A stretch of 64,000 bases of DNA, taken from a virus. The notes under the pieces are model-generated. The model saw nothing but the letters and a program-made list of their open reading frames with translations, was not told where the DNA came from and made no database searches. Positions 25,997-36,267 of this stretch are shown here, piece by piece. Numbering within the stretch: position 1 is the first letter of the stretch; each line of letters starts with the position of its first letter. The stretch covers positions 32,001 to 96,000 of IMG/VR virus record IMGVR_UViG_3300047160_005727. One strand, written 5' to 3'. Made by a program: the position numbers and the translations under genes.

Positions 25997-27202
25997 ATGG
26001 CATCCTACAGGTTTAACAAGGTAGACCGGGTGCTGGAAACCGCGACGTCGCCGGGCACAGGCAACGTGTCATTGGGTGGTGCTGTGCCTGGGTTTCGTAC
26101 TTTCGCGTCCCTTCTGGGCGCAGGCGACACCTGTGCTTATACCATCGAGAACGTGGATGCCAACGGCAACCCGAACGGGGGTTGGGAACGCGGCTTCGGT
26201 ACGTTTCAAAGCGGTCCGGTCCTGGCCCGAACGACCATCATCGAGTCGTCTGCCGGCGGTACTACTGCCGTCAATTTCGCCGGGAATGTTCGGGTCGGTA
26301 TCACGATGATGTCGGACACGGTTGTGTGCTACCCGACGCCGGGTGGCCGGCTAACTGGGGTGTCAGGCGGCCCGGTCGGCGATACCCCTACCACCGGTAA
26401 CAATGCGATCTATTACGTGCCTTACATGCACGACAGGATCCCCGTCTGGAACGGTGCCGGCATGCAGATCATGCAGATCCCCGCAGCCGGACTGACCATC
26501 AACGTCGCCAGCATGGCGGCCGGTACGGCCTGGGATGTCTTCGCCTATCCTTCCGGCATGAACCTCGCGCTGGAGACGGCTCAGTGGACCAGTCCTACGT
26601 CTCGGGGCAGCTTCAGCATAGTTTGGTCCAGCAACGGCGGCTACATAGCCAAAAGTACTGATGCAACCCGCCGATGGATAGGCAGCTTCTACATAGATAC
26701 TGCGGGCACGATCTATGATGTCGCGGCTACCGGCAGTAGCAATTCCCAGCCTGCCAAGCGGCTTCTCTTTAACGCGTATAACCGGGTGGCGAAAGCGGCC
26801 TACATGCAGGACTCCGGCGCCAACTGGAGCGGCGGCGCTACCGGCAACTGGCGGGTCATTCGAGGCCAGACGATCCCGGCGGCCTCGATCCAGTTATTCC
26901 AGGGGTTGGGGGACGAGTCGGTCTATGTGGCCGGCTCGCTTGGCGTACAGTGCGCGTCCGGCGTGTGGGCTAACGGCGGCATCGGCCTGGATGGGACCTC
27001 TGTTCCTGGCAACTCGGGCTGGGGTGACTTCTATACCAGCTTTGAAGCCACTCAGGGGGTTATCACCTTCTCTTATTCGGGGCAGCCCGGTCTGGGCTAC
27101 CACACCCTGACTCTGCTCGAAGGTGCAGCTGCTGCCTCTCCTTATCCGACCTTCGGCTGGGCCTTCGGGGGAGTCGGCATGTGGGGAGTCGTGCGTTGTT
27201 AG
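25997..27202 (+). CDS. fibre/adhesin-like virion protein, paralog 3
   Basis: Collinear with paralogs 1 and 2. Start set by alignment (MASYRFNKVDRV). Confidence 0.75.
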   Translation: MASYRFNKVDRVLETATSPGTGNVSLGGAVPGFRTFASLLGAGDTCAYTIENVDANGNPNGGWERGFGTFQSGPVLARTTIIESSAGGTTAVNFAGNVRVGITMMSDTVVCYPTPGGRLTGVSGGPVGDTPTTGNNAIYYVPYMHDRIPVWNGAGMQIMQIPAAGLTINVASMAAGTAWDVFAYPSGMNLALETAQWTSPTSRGSFSIVWSSNGGYIAKSTDATRRWIGSFYIDTAGTIYDVAATGSSNSQPAKRLLFNAYNRVAKAAYMQDSGANWSGGATGNWRVIRGQTIPAASIQLFQGLGDESVYVAGSLGVQCASGVWANGGIGLDGTSVPGNSGWGDFYTSFEATQGVITFSYSGQPGLGYHTLTLLEGAAAASPYPTFGWAFGGVGMWGVVRC

Positions 27203-27220
27203 TCAGGGAATAACAAGACG

Positions 27221-30200
27221 ATGTTTTCCGCTTCACCCTTCTCACGACAGCCATCGTCTTCGTTGCCCAACGACGGCCCGTATGGTGCGCCGACTGATCC
27301 CAACCTGATCTCCTACTGGAAGCTGGACGAGTCCGCGACCGGCGCGATCGCGCACGACTACGGCAAGGCGATGGCCCACGCCACCGATACTTCGGCCGCC
27401 ACGACGGTATCCACGACATCGCCGGTTGCGGCACCGGTCAATAACTTCGTCGATCCGTCGGGCCGTTACTTCCCGAGCAACACCAACAATGGCTTGAATG
27501 CCGGAACGCCAGCAGCACACCTGATCGCCGACAACTTCACCGTCGGGTTTTGGTGCCGTGTTACCAGTCTTGCCGGCAACAACACCATGTGTCCCATCTC
27601 GAAGTGGGACTATACCGCGCCTTTTGCTGGCTGGTCGTTCGTCGTAAATACCTCCGTCTCCAACATCGGCTATCCCGACTTCATCGTCGGTAGTAGCTCG
27701 ACCCTCTATCACTGTCTCGCCAATGGCCCACTCACGGTCAACGTCTGGACTCACGTTTGCGGCGTGCAGCGGAACGGTACTCGGTACATCTACATCAACG
27801 GGATCAAGCAGGCTGCGAGCAACAGCCAGGCGTTGGTGGTCGTAGGCTCGACTCTGCCGACGTACATCGCCCAGATGAGTACCAGGAACTATGGCTGGTA
27901 CGGCGACCTCGATGACATTCGCTGGTACGGCATCGCGCTCACTGATGACCAGATCTACAGCCTTGGTCATGGCAATGATCCGTACCTGACCACGATCACG
28001 ACCAGGACGCACACGACCGATGCTGTCAAGTACCTGACAACAGCCGAGACGCATACCACCGACACTGCGAACCTCCTGACGTCGACGAAGGCGCATACTA
28101 CCGACTTTTCGGTGCAAGCTCTCGGGGTGCCCCGGTCGCATTCCACTGACTGCCGGGTCGTCGATAGCAGGCTGGTCTCCTACTGGCCGCTGGACGAGGC
28201 TGCGGCTGGCAACACCGCGATGGACTACGGCTGGGCCGGCGCCAATGCTACCGATGGCTCAAGTACCGTAGGCCCCTCGACAACTGCGCCGATCGCGGCA
28301 CCAACTAACTTCACCAACCCTCGCGGCCGACTCTTCCCGGGCACTACTGCTGGCATCCTGAATGCTGGGGCTCCTGCGGCCCACAAGATCACTGATAACT
28401 TCACCGTGGCGTTCTGGTGCCGGACCACCAACAGCGCCACATCGAAGGCTGCCATCACGCGGCTGGATAACACAGCGGGCGCTACCGGCGGCTGGGTTGT
28501 GTACCTCGGTACCTCGTTTCCAGCCGCGGCTATCTGCCAAGTTGGCACTGGTTCGACTTATACCAGCATCACATCTGCCAACCTCATTCAGTCTGGTGTC
28601 TGGACTCATGTCGCTTTCAAGCAGACGTCTGGCACCCGCCAGATGTATGTCAACGGCGTCAAGTCGGGCGCATCTGCCGTTACTGCGTACAACCAGCCTG
28701 GCGCGACCGTAGCGACCCAGATCGGTGCGTACTGGACTGGCGGCTCATCAACCTTCAACGGCGACCTCGATGATGTTCGCTACTACAACGTAGCCCTCAC
28801 TGACGATCAGATCACCAGCTTGGGCGCTGGTAATGATCCGTTTCTGGTCACGACCACAACTAGGACCCACACCACTGATATCAGGCGGTACCAGACGACC
28901 AGCAAGACCCACACCACTGATATCAGGCGGTACCAGACGACCAGCAAGACCCACAGCACTGATATACGGGTCTACCAGACAGTCAGCAAGGCCCACGGTA
29001 CTGATATCAAACTCTGGCGGTCAGTCAGTCCGGCTCACAGCACTGATATCAAACTCTGGCGGTCAGTCAGTCCGGCTCACGGTACTGATATCAGACTCTG
29101 GTGGTCGGTCAGTCCGGCTCACAGCACTGATATCAAACTCTGGCGGTCAGTCAGTCCGGCTCACAGCACTGACACTCAGCTTCGATCCATACTGACCGTC
29201 ACGATAACCCACAGCACCGACACGCGGGTCTACCAGACAGTATCCAAAGCTCACAACACTGACACACGTGTTTATCAGACAGTATCAAAAGCTCACAGCA
29301 CCAACACACTGGTCTACCAGTCGGTGCAGAAGGCTCACAGCACTGACACATGGCTGTCGCAGCTAGTAACGAGGTCAATAACACATGCCACTGACACTCG
29401 GCTGTGCTGGGCACAGCTCGTCTCCTGGTGGAAGCTCGATGAAGCGACAAACGGCGCGGTTGCGATCGACTACGGGTGGGCTGCCGCCAACGCTACTGAC
29501 ACCGGCGGCACGACCATCTCGACACCGGCGCCGACCACCTTCGCCAACCCCAATGCTCGCCACCTCCCGGGTGCCCCCACCTATCTGAATGCCGGTACTC
29601 CAGCGGCGCACATCATCAACGACAATTTCACTGTGGCGCTCTGGGTACGACCTTCCGCTTCGCTCACAACTAGCTACGGCCTAATAGGGCGGTGGAACAA
29701 CACGTCCGGTAGCTTTGGCGGTTGGGTCGTCCAGAACAGCAGTACTGCGGTCCAGTTGATGGTTGGCACAGGCGGGAGTGCCAGCCCCGTAAACTCGAAT
29801 GCCGCGCTGACGATCGGCACCTGGACCCACGTTGCCTTCAAGCAGACATCCGGTACCCGTCAGATCTACATCAACGGCATCAAGTCAGGCTTACCCACCT
29901 CCGTTGCATGGCAGCAGCCCGGTCCGACCTATCCAACGCTCCTCGGCAATACGTTTACCGCTGGAACACCATGGAAGGGCGACCTCGATGATGTCCGCTA
30001 CTACAACGTAGCCCTCACTGACGATCAGATCAGCAGCTTGGGTGCCGGCAACGAGCCATACCTGGTTACAACTTCAACCAAGACGCATACCACCGACAGC
30101 TACCTGCTCCTGTCGCCGATCAAGACCCACACCACCGATATCGACCTGGCCACGGTGGTGTTCAAGACCCATACCACCGACACGCGGGTCTACCAGTCGG

Positions 30201-30649
30201 TGCAGAAGACCCACACCACTGACACGCGGGTCTACCAGTCGGTGCAGAAGACCCACACCACCGACACGCGGGTCTACCAGACTGTCAGCAAAGCCCACAA
30301 CACCGACACGCGGGTCTACCAGACTGTCAGCAAAGCCCACAGCACCAACACCTGGCTCTCGCAGCTTGGCACTGTTGTCATCTACCACACCACCGATACC
30401 GACTTCAAAGGATCGGTGACCTGGACCCACACAACCGACACGAGAGTCTACAAGTCAGTCAGCAAGGCCCACAACACTGACACGCGGGTCTACCAGACCT
30501 ACAGTAGGGCTCACAGCACCGATACTGCCATCCCGCACACATTTACCGTGACCCATTCCACCAACTCCTTCCTCAAGATCGGGATCGTGGGGTCACGATC
30601 CCGTACCCAACGCATCGGTACGCGAACCCTAGCCTTCAACGAGAGGTGA
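27221..30649 (+). CDS. long fibre protein: three LamG/ConA-like domains separated by 14-aa H-x-T-D repeats
   Basis: Three copies of L.S.W.LDE...NFTV..W...WTHV....R..Y.NG...GDLDD.R.Y..ALTDDQI, and about 30 HxTD repeats. Confidence 0.85.
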   Translation: MFSASPFSRQPSSSLPNDGPYGAPTDPNLISYWKLDESATGAIAHDYGKAMAHATDTSAATTVSTTSPVAAPVNNFVDPSGRYFPSNTNNGLNAGTPAAHLIADNFTVGFWCRVTSLAGNNTMCPISKWDYTAPFAGWSFVVNTSVSNIGYPDFIVGSSSTLYHCLANGPLTVNVWTHVCGVQRNGTRYIYINGIKQAASNSQALVVVGSTLPTYIAQMSTRNYGWYGDLDDIRWYGIALTDDQIYSLGHGNDPYLTTITTRTHTTDAVKYLTTAETHTTDTANLLTSTKAHTTDFSVQALGVPRSHSTDCRVVDSRLVSYWPLDEAAAGNTAMDYGWAGANATDGSSTVGPSTTAPIAAPTNFTNPRGRLFPGTTAGILNAGAPAAHKITDNFTVAFWCRTTNSATSKAAITRLDNTAGATGGWVVYLGTSFPAAAICQVGTGSTYTSITSANLIQSGVWTHVAFKQTSGTRQMYVNGVKSGASAVTAYNQPGATVATQIGAYWTGGSSTFNGDLDDVRYYNVALTDDQITSLGAGNDPFLVTTTTRTHTTDIRRYQTTSKTHTTDIRRYQTTSKTHSTDIRVYQTVSKAHGTDIKLWRSVSPAHSTDIKLWRSVSPAHGTDIRLWWSVSPAHSTDIKLWRSVSPAHSTDTQLRSILTVTITHSTDTRVYQTVSKAHNTDTRVYQTVSKAHSTNTLVYQSVQKAHSTDTWLSQLVTRSITHATDTRLCWAQLVSWWKLDEATNGAVAIDYGWAAANATDTGGTTISTPAPTTFANPNARHLPGAPTYLNAGTPAAHIINDNFTVALWVRPSASLTTSYGLIGRWNNTSGSFGGWVVQNSSTAVQLMVGTGGSASPVNSNAALTIGTWTHVAFKQTSGTRQIYINGIKSGLPTSVAWQQPGPTYPTLLGNTFTAGTPWKGDLDDVRYYNVALTDDQISSLGAGNEPYLVTTSTKTHTTDSYLLLSPIKTHTTDIDLATVVFKTHTTDTRVYQSVQKTHTTDTRVYQSVQKTHTTDTRVYQTVSKAHNTDTRVYQTVSKAHSTNTWLSQLGTVVIYHTTDTDFKGSVTWTHTTDTRVYKSVSKAHNTDTRVYQTYSRAHSTDTAIPHTFTVTHSTNSFLKIGIVGSRSRTQRIGTRTLAFNER
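28864..29350 (+). repeat. 42-bp coding tandem repeats
   Basis: Two exact copies of GACCCACACCACTGATATCAGGCGGTACCAGACGACCAGCAA, then about four near-identical CTGATATCAAACTCTGGCGGTCAGTCAGTCCGGCTCAC units. Confidence 0.85.
30165..30350 (+). repeat. 42-bp coding tandem repeats
   Basis: Near-identical GACACGCGGGTCTACCAG-containing units encoding KTHTTDTRVYQSVQ. Confidence 0.8.
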
Positions 30650-30652
30650 TCT

Positions 30653-31216
30653 ATGAAAGAGCGCCAGCAACTGAGCACCAACTACCCGATCGGGTTCATG
30701 CTGGTGCTGAAGTCCGACCACATCACCGGGGCCGTTGGCAAGGCCAGCACGATAACCCTGACGATCTCCAAGAACGCCGCCCTGGGGTTCTCACCCCCGG
30801 CCGGCGCTCCTGGGACCATCATCACCGAAGTGGGCAACGGCTGGTACTACTGGAACCCGGTAGGAGCTGACCGGAGCGATCTTGGTGAGCTGCGGATCCA
30901 CGTCGATGAGCCCAGCTGTGATCCCTACGACGAGAAGTACGACATCGTCCAGTACGATCCGTACGCCTACGTCAGCCTGCCGGCCAGCGAGCGAACCTCG
31001 ATCGCCGATGCGATCTTGACCCGGGACTGGAGCCAGGTCACCGGCTGGGCAGCCCGCTCCTTGATCCAGGCCATGCGGCTGCTCCGCAACAAGTGGGGCG
31101 TCGACACGACTGGCAAGCTCACCGTCTGCATCGAGGACGACGCAACTACGGCATGGACCGGACAGCTCCAGAGTCAGCAGGGTGCCGATCCGATCGTTGG
31201 TCAGACCCCGCAGTAA
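30653..31216 (+). CDS. fibre-associated protein homologous to the C-terminal domain of 32309-36238
   Basis: KERQQ...YP.GF, GWY and IAD..L.RD are shared with the downstream fused protein. GAGGTG SD. Confidence 0.75.
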   Translation: MKERQQLSTNYPIGFMLVLKSDHITGAVGKASTITLTISKNAALGFSPPAGAPGTIITEVGNGWYYWNPVGADRSDLGELRIHVDEPSCDPYDEKYDIVQYDPYAYVSLPASERTSIADAILTRDWSQVTGWAARSLIQAMRLLRNKWGVDTTGKLTVCIEDDATTAWTGQLQSQQGADPIVGQTPQ

Positions 31217-31244
31217 CTTCAACCAGCTTGAAAGGAGGCAGCTC

Positions 31245-32309
31245 ATGTTCCGTTTCGGTGATCCGGGCGGCCGGATGTATCAGGTCGCTGGTACATCCGG
31301 TGCCAACATCCTGGCTCTCTGGACGCTCTCCGCCCAGATCGGCCAGTGGTCGGTTGTCGCAGGCGGCGGTCGCCTTCCTGGCAATACCTGCCTGCGCATG
31401 GCGGTCGCCGGCAACCCGGCACTCGTCAAGACGATGGACAGCCAGCCGACTTGGGGCATCGCGTTTGGGCTGAAGCAGTCGATCATCCAACCCAACGTCG
31501 CGATCCAGGTGTGCGGCTTCCAGGACGCAAGCACCGTTCAGATGGACCTGCGCACTAACCTCGACGGTACGCTCTCTGCGACCCGCAACGGGACCGTGCT
31601 GGGTACGTCGACAGTTGCGCTGGGAGCGAATGCCTGGAACCACATCGAGTACAAGGTCACGTTCCATTCGAGTGCCGGTGTTATCCAGCTATGGATCAAC
31701 GGCGTCCAGCAGTTTAACCTCACCGGCCAGAATACCCGCGCGACCGCGAACAACTCGGCGAACCAGGTCTTCATCGGCAACTTCAACGGCGGTAACGCGG
31801 CCAACTACGACTTCGATGATGTTATCGCTTATGACGCACAGCCCAACGACGCCAACGGCTTTGCCGACATCACCGGGCCGATCGGTGACTGCTCACTCAA
31901 CTGGCTGCTGCCCACGGGTGCCGGCTCGACAACACAGTGGACCCCTGACTCGGGCTCGAACTACGCACGGGTGAACGAGGCTACGCCCGATGGCGATACG
32001 TCCTACGTTCAGGACGCGACCGTCGGTGACATCGACACCTATGCGACCGCAGACCTGCCGGCTGGTACGGCCACGGTCAAGTCCATTGCGGTGTGTAACT
32101 ATGCGCGCAAGACCGATACCGGCTCTCGCACGATCGTTGCCGAGATCCGCTCCGGCGGTACGAACTACGCGCACACGATACCGATCCCGCTAGCTCAGAC
32201 TTATGCGTATGGCTTCTCGAACTGGGGCATGAACCCATCAGGTGGCGGAGTGGCCTGGACTCCAACTTCCGTCAACGCACTCGAGGTGGGTCAGAAAGTC
32301 AACAGTTAA
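31245..32309 (+). CDS. virion protein with a LamG/ConA-like domain
   Basis: AAGGAGG SD. WNHIEYKV...IQLWING...FDDV. Confidence 0.75.
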   Translation: MFRFGDPGGRMYQVAGTSGANILALWTLSAQIGQWSVVAGGGRLPGNTCLRMAVAGNPALVKTMDSQPTWGIAFGLKQSIIQPNVAIQVCGFQDASTVQMDLRTNLDGTLSATRNGTVLGTSTVALGANAWNHIEYKVTFHSSAGVIQLWINGVQQFNLTGQNTRATANNSANQVFIGNFNGGNAANYDFDDVIAYDAQPNDANGFADITGPIGDCSLNWLLPTGAGSTTQWTPDSGSNYARVNEATPDGDTSYVQDATVGDIDTYATADLPAGTATVKSIAVCNYARKTDTGSRTIVAEIRSGGTNYAHTIPIPLAQTYAYGFSNWGMNPSGGGVAWTPTSVNALEVGQKVNS

Positions 32310-35300
32310 TGCCAGACAAGGCCGGTGCACCCCCTGCTGGGACCAACTCGGTAAGTCAGACTGGCGCGCTCATCGTCAGTCAGGGGACCCCGGCTGCGCG
32401 CGCAAGTCAGAAAGGTGCGCTTGTCGTCAGCCAGGGAACGCCGGCTGCACGTGCATCTTCTGCGGGTTTACTGGTCATCACCCCGTTCGTGAGCGCCAGC
32501 ACACTGCCCGCGCATGTGAGTCAGACAGGTGTGCTCGTTGTCGATCAGGGAACGCCAGCAGCTCGTTCGAGCCAGACCGGTCTACTGGTCATCGTGCCAC
32601 CCCCGCCTGTCACTGTCACAAAGGTACACGCGACCAGCACAGTGACGGCTGCACCTCCCACCATTGGGCCAGGTTATCACAGCATGTTCGCTACCTGGCT
32701 GGGTGGCGGCGGCATGCGGACCATGGTCCTGGATACGACCCATACCACGGACACGTTGGCGGTTCACTGCTACGCTACGACCCATACCACCGACGTTCGC
32801 ATATATCAGCCGGAGATCGTCACCCATCGCACCGATACGCTGTGCTTCCGCACGGTTCAGCTTCCCGAGTGGGTTCAAACGCTGTGCTGGCAGTCTGTGT
32901 CCATAGCGCATCAAACCGACACCAAGCTCTGGGCTGCCATCGAGAAACCGCACAGCACCGATACCTGGATCACGCTGCTCGGCACTGTCGTCATCTTCCA
33001 TACCACTGACGTCGACTTCCACGGGTCCATGACCTGGACCCACGCGACTGACAGCTGGCTCTACCAGACGGTGCTCAAGACCCATAAGACCGACATCTGG
33101 CTCTACCAGTCGGTGCTCAAGACCCACAAGACCGACACCGCGGTCTACCAGACATCCAGCGTAGGTCACAAGACTGACAACTGGCGTTACCAGACGGTCC
33201 AGAAAGTTCATGCCACAGACATCTGGCTCTACCAGTCGGTTCTCACAACTCACAAGACCGATACGCGGGTCTATCAGACTGTCAGCCCGGCTCACAGCAC
33301 GGATACCAAGCTCTGGTGGGCGGCGTACAGGACCCATACCACCGATACCGACTTCAAAGGATCGGTAACAGTCGGGCATTCAACTGACACGCTTGTCATG
33401 AGTGCCACGCTGATCTCCTGGTGGAAGCTCGATGAAGTCGGTACCGGCCAGATCGCAGTTGACTACGGATATGCCGTTGCCAATGCGACTGATACTGCCG
33501 GCAACACGACTGACGCGAAGACAGCGCCGATCCACGCACCAACGACGTTCACCAACCCGCACTCCCGCGACTTCCCGAGCGCTACCGGTGCCGGCTTGAA
33601 TGCCGGACATCCGGCAGCGCACATGATCTACGACAACTTCACCGTGGCGTTCTGGTGCCGGCCCAGTTCGTTCTCAAGCGCGATGGGTGCTATCTCGCGG
33701 GCAGATATTACACCCAGCGCCATGGGAGGCTGGAGCTTCTACATATTCGGTACTGCTGATGGCGCCAATGTCGGCAAGGTCTCGTTCCGCGGCTTCAGTG
33801 CCAACAGTACCTACGAGCTGCTTACTGACAGCCCGATCACGGCCGGCGCCTGGACCCACATTACTGGTGTGCAGCGGTCACCTTATCACCGCTTCATCTA
33901 CGTCAATGGGATCAAGCAGTCCGGATCTGACAGCAACCCGTGGGGTATCCCCAACGCGAATACCCCGACGATCCTCGGCCAGTCTGCCGGTGCTGGGCCT
34001 TCCGGGCCTGGCATGCTGGGTACGGGCGGTCCTGGAACCATCACTGGAGTCGGCTACAACGGCGACCTCGATGATGCCCGCATCTACGCGGTCCCGCTCA
34101 CCGATGACCAGATCTATAGCCTGGGTCATGGCAATGATCCGTTCCTGGTCACGATCGTGACCCCGGCTCACATGACCGATACCGCCGTACAGACGTCGTT
34201 CACCAGGGCTCACAACACTGACATCCGGATCTACCAGACGGTCCAGAAGGCTCACAACACCGATATCCGGATCTACCAGACGGTAATGCTGGTGCACAGC
34301 ACCAACACCTACATCACGAAGCTGACTACCGTCCTGGTGCCGCACAACACCGATGTCAACCTCAAAGGCTCAGTGACCTGGAGTCACACGACTAACACAT
34401 ATATCACGCAGCTGATCCCTGAGACGATCGTTCACAACACCGACAGCGATCTCAAGGGCTCAGTGAGCTGGACTCATACTACAGACAGTCAGATCTACCA
34501 GACTGTCGAGGTCGATCACGCTACCGATGCGTTTCTCTTCCAGCTCGAAGCCGGCACCTACGTCGTGTGGCACGGCACGGATACCGACATCAAAGGATCG
34601 GTCATCGTTTCGCACACGACCGATGTGGACATCGCCAGTGATGTCGATCGAGAACACACCACTGATATCAAGCTCTGGCGCCAGGTCTTCCTGACCCACA
34701 CGACCGATGTCCGGGTCTACCAGACGGTACCCAAAACCCATCGTACAGATACCAAGCTCTGGCGAGAGGTGCTCAAGACCCACAACACCGACACACGGAT
34801 CTACCAGTCAGTATTCAAGCCCTTCACCACAGATACGCGGGTTTATAAGACCTTCAGCCAGGCCCACAAGACGGACATACGGATCTACCAGACAGGCAAC
34901 AAGGCCCACAATACCACCACGCTCGTGCGGCAGACGGTCTCGGAGGGCCATGGCACCGATACGCTCGTACGGCAGGTGTACTTCAACACTCACACGACCG
35001 ATGCCGTGAAGCAGCTGTCGGCATCCAAGGCCCATAACACTGACACGTTGATCCGTACGACGCGATCGGTGGCTCACAGCACAGATACCGCGATAGCTAA
35101 CCTCGTCCTGATCGCTCACAGGACTGACACCCTGGTTCGAGGTTCTCGAGCCTGGGTTCACAAGACTGACACCACGAAGTGGCGGTCCGTCCAGGTCGCG
35201 CATACAACTGATAGCTATAACCTGGCCAGGCCGATCGTGGCCCACACCACCGACACGGATGTGAAGGGTTCAATGAAACTGCCTAACTGGGTCCATACGC

Positions 35301-36238
35301 TGAAGCGCGGAACCTACCCCCGTGCCCACAACACGGACTCGGTGGTCTGCTACATCTACACCGTTCATCACACCACGGACATGCAGGTCATCGGCACCTG
35401 GTTCCGCGGCCACAAGACTGATACTGATATCGCCACAACCCAGTGGACGGCTCACGAGACCGACACGTCGACCTTGAAGGTGCCGGCAGCGTTGCACACG
35501 ACCGATATCATCAAGGTTCATCCCAGGAGCATCATTCACAGAACAAGCACGCTGACGGCGCAGCCGCCACTCAATGGACGCTGGGCATCGCAGCGGGTCG
35601 GAACTCGCTCACTGGCCCAGATGGCCTACAAGGAACGGCAGCAAGGCGACGCCACTTATCCGGTCGGGTTCTTGATGGTCACCGGCGGGCGGATCTCGCC
35701 AGTGCTCGGCGCCCATCCAACGGTCAAGCTGTTGCGGCCTGGCAGTACTGTTTGGGTACCGGCTAACGGCGCAGTTACCGAGTCGGATGACGGTACCGGC
35801 GACAGTCACGGATGGTACTTGCTGGCCGGCAATACCGACGATCGTCCGATGACCGGCGAGTACGTGCTGATGGCCAGCGCTCCAGGCGCCGAGACGACCT
35901 TCGTCAAGTTTGACGTCGTACTTCCCGATCCATTCGCGAATATCAGCCTCGGGCTGGATGAGCACTTTGCGATCGCTGACGTAACCCTTGGACGAGACTT
36001 CGCTTCTGCGGTTGGCTTTGTCGCCGTACGCTGCTTCCTCCAGGCAGCCCGAGCGCTCTTCTCCTGGACGACGACCTGGAAGTCGACACAGACTTCGATG
36101 ACCATAGCTGCTGAGAACAATACGACAGCGTGGCAGGCAACTGTGGTCACATCTGATCCGCCGCTGCTGCCAACCAGGGGTATGACTCCAGATCCTCCCC
36201 CGACTAAGGGGATAGACCCAGCAGAGCCGGAGCGATAG
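32309..36238 (+). CDS. long fibre protein: 17-aa N-terminal repeats, about 45-50 H-x-T-D repeats, one LamG domain and a fused C-terminal domain
   Basis: SQ.G.L.V.QGTPAAR repeats, HxTD arrays, and a LamG domain paralogous to those in 27221-30649. Confidence 0.85.
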   Translation: MPDKAGAPPAGTNSVSQTGALIVSQGTPAARASQKGALVVSQGTPAARASSAGLLVITPFVSASTLPAHVSQTGVLVVDQGTPAARSSQTGLLVIVPPPPVTVTKVHATSTVTAAPPTIGPGYHSMFATWLGGGGMRTMVLDTTHTTDTLAVHCYATTHTTDVRIYQPEIVTHRTDTLCFRTVQLPEWVQTLCWQSVSIAHQTDTKLWAAIEKPHSTDTWITLLGTVVIFHTTDVDFHGSMTWTHATDSWLYQTVLKTHKTDIWLYQSVLKTHKTDTAVYQTSSVGHKTDNWRYQTVQKVHATDIWLYQSVLTTHKTDTRVYQTVSPAHSTDTKLWWAAYRTHTTDTDFKGSVTVGHSTDTLVMSATLISWWKLDEVGTGQIAVDYGYAVANATDTAGNTTDAKTAPIHAPTTFTNPHSRDFPSATGAGLNAGHPAAHMIYDNFTVAFWCRPSSFSSAMGAISRADITPSAMGGWSFYIFGTADGANVGKVSFRGFSANSTYELLTDSPITAGAWTHITGVQRSPYHRFIYVNGIKQSGSDSNPWGIPNANTPTILGQSAGAGPSGPGMLGTGGPGTITGVGYNGDLDDARIYAVPLTDDQIYSLGHGNDPFLVTIVTPAHMTDTAVQTSFTRAHNTDIRIYQTVQKAHNTDIRIYQTVMLVHSTNTYITKLTTVLVPHNTDVNLKGSVTWSHTTNTYITQLIPETIVHNTDSDLKGSVSWTHTTDSQIYQTVEVDHATDAFLFQLEAGTYVVWHGTDTDIKGSVIVSHTTDVDIASDVDREHTTDIKLWRQVFLTHTTDVRVYQTVPKTHRTDTKLWREVLKTHNTDTRIYQSVFKPFTTDTRVYKTFSQAHKTDIRIYQTGNKAHNTTTLVRQTVSEGHGTDTLVRQVYFNTHTTDAVKQLSASKAHNTDTLIRTTRSVAHSTDTAIANLVLIAHRTDTLVRGSRAWVHKTDTTKWRSVQVAHTTDSYNLARPIVAHTTDTDVKGSMKLPNWVHTLKRGTYPRAHNTDSVVCYIYTVHHTTDMQVIGTWFRGHKTDTDIATTQWTAHETDTSTLKVPAALHTTDIIKVHPRSIIHRTSTLTAQPPLNGRWASQRVGTRSLAQMAYKERQQGDATYPVGFLMVTGGRISPVLGAHPTVKLLRPGSTVWVPANGAVTESDDGTGDSHGWYLLAGNTDDRPMTGEYVLMASAPGAETTFVKFDVVLPDPFANISLGLDEHFAIADVTLGRDFASAVGFVAVRCFLQAARALFSWTTTWKSTQTSMTIAAENNTTAWQATVVTSDPPLLPTRGMTPDPPPTKGIDPAEPER

Positions 36239-36267
36239 GATCGAAACCGGCACGGAGGCTTTGTTCC

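Noticed and set aside
28864-30350. 42-bp repeats as a CRISPR or non-coding array
   Set aside because: They are in-frame codings of the 14-aa HxTD protein repeat with no unique spacers.
27900-34150. Near-identical DNA at the ends of the LamG domains (for example ~28760-28830 versus ~29978-30048) as a diversity-generating retroelement TR/VR pair
   Set aside because: The differences are not adenine-specific, all copies are in-frame coding, and no reverse transcriptase is present in the window.
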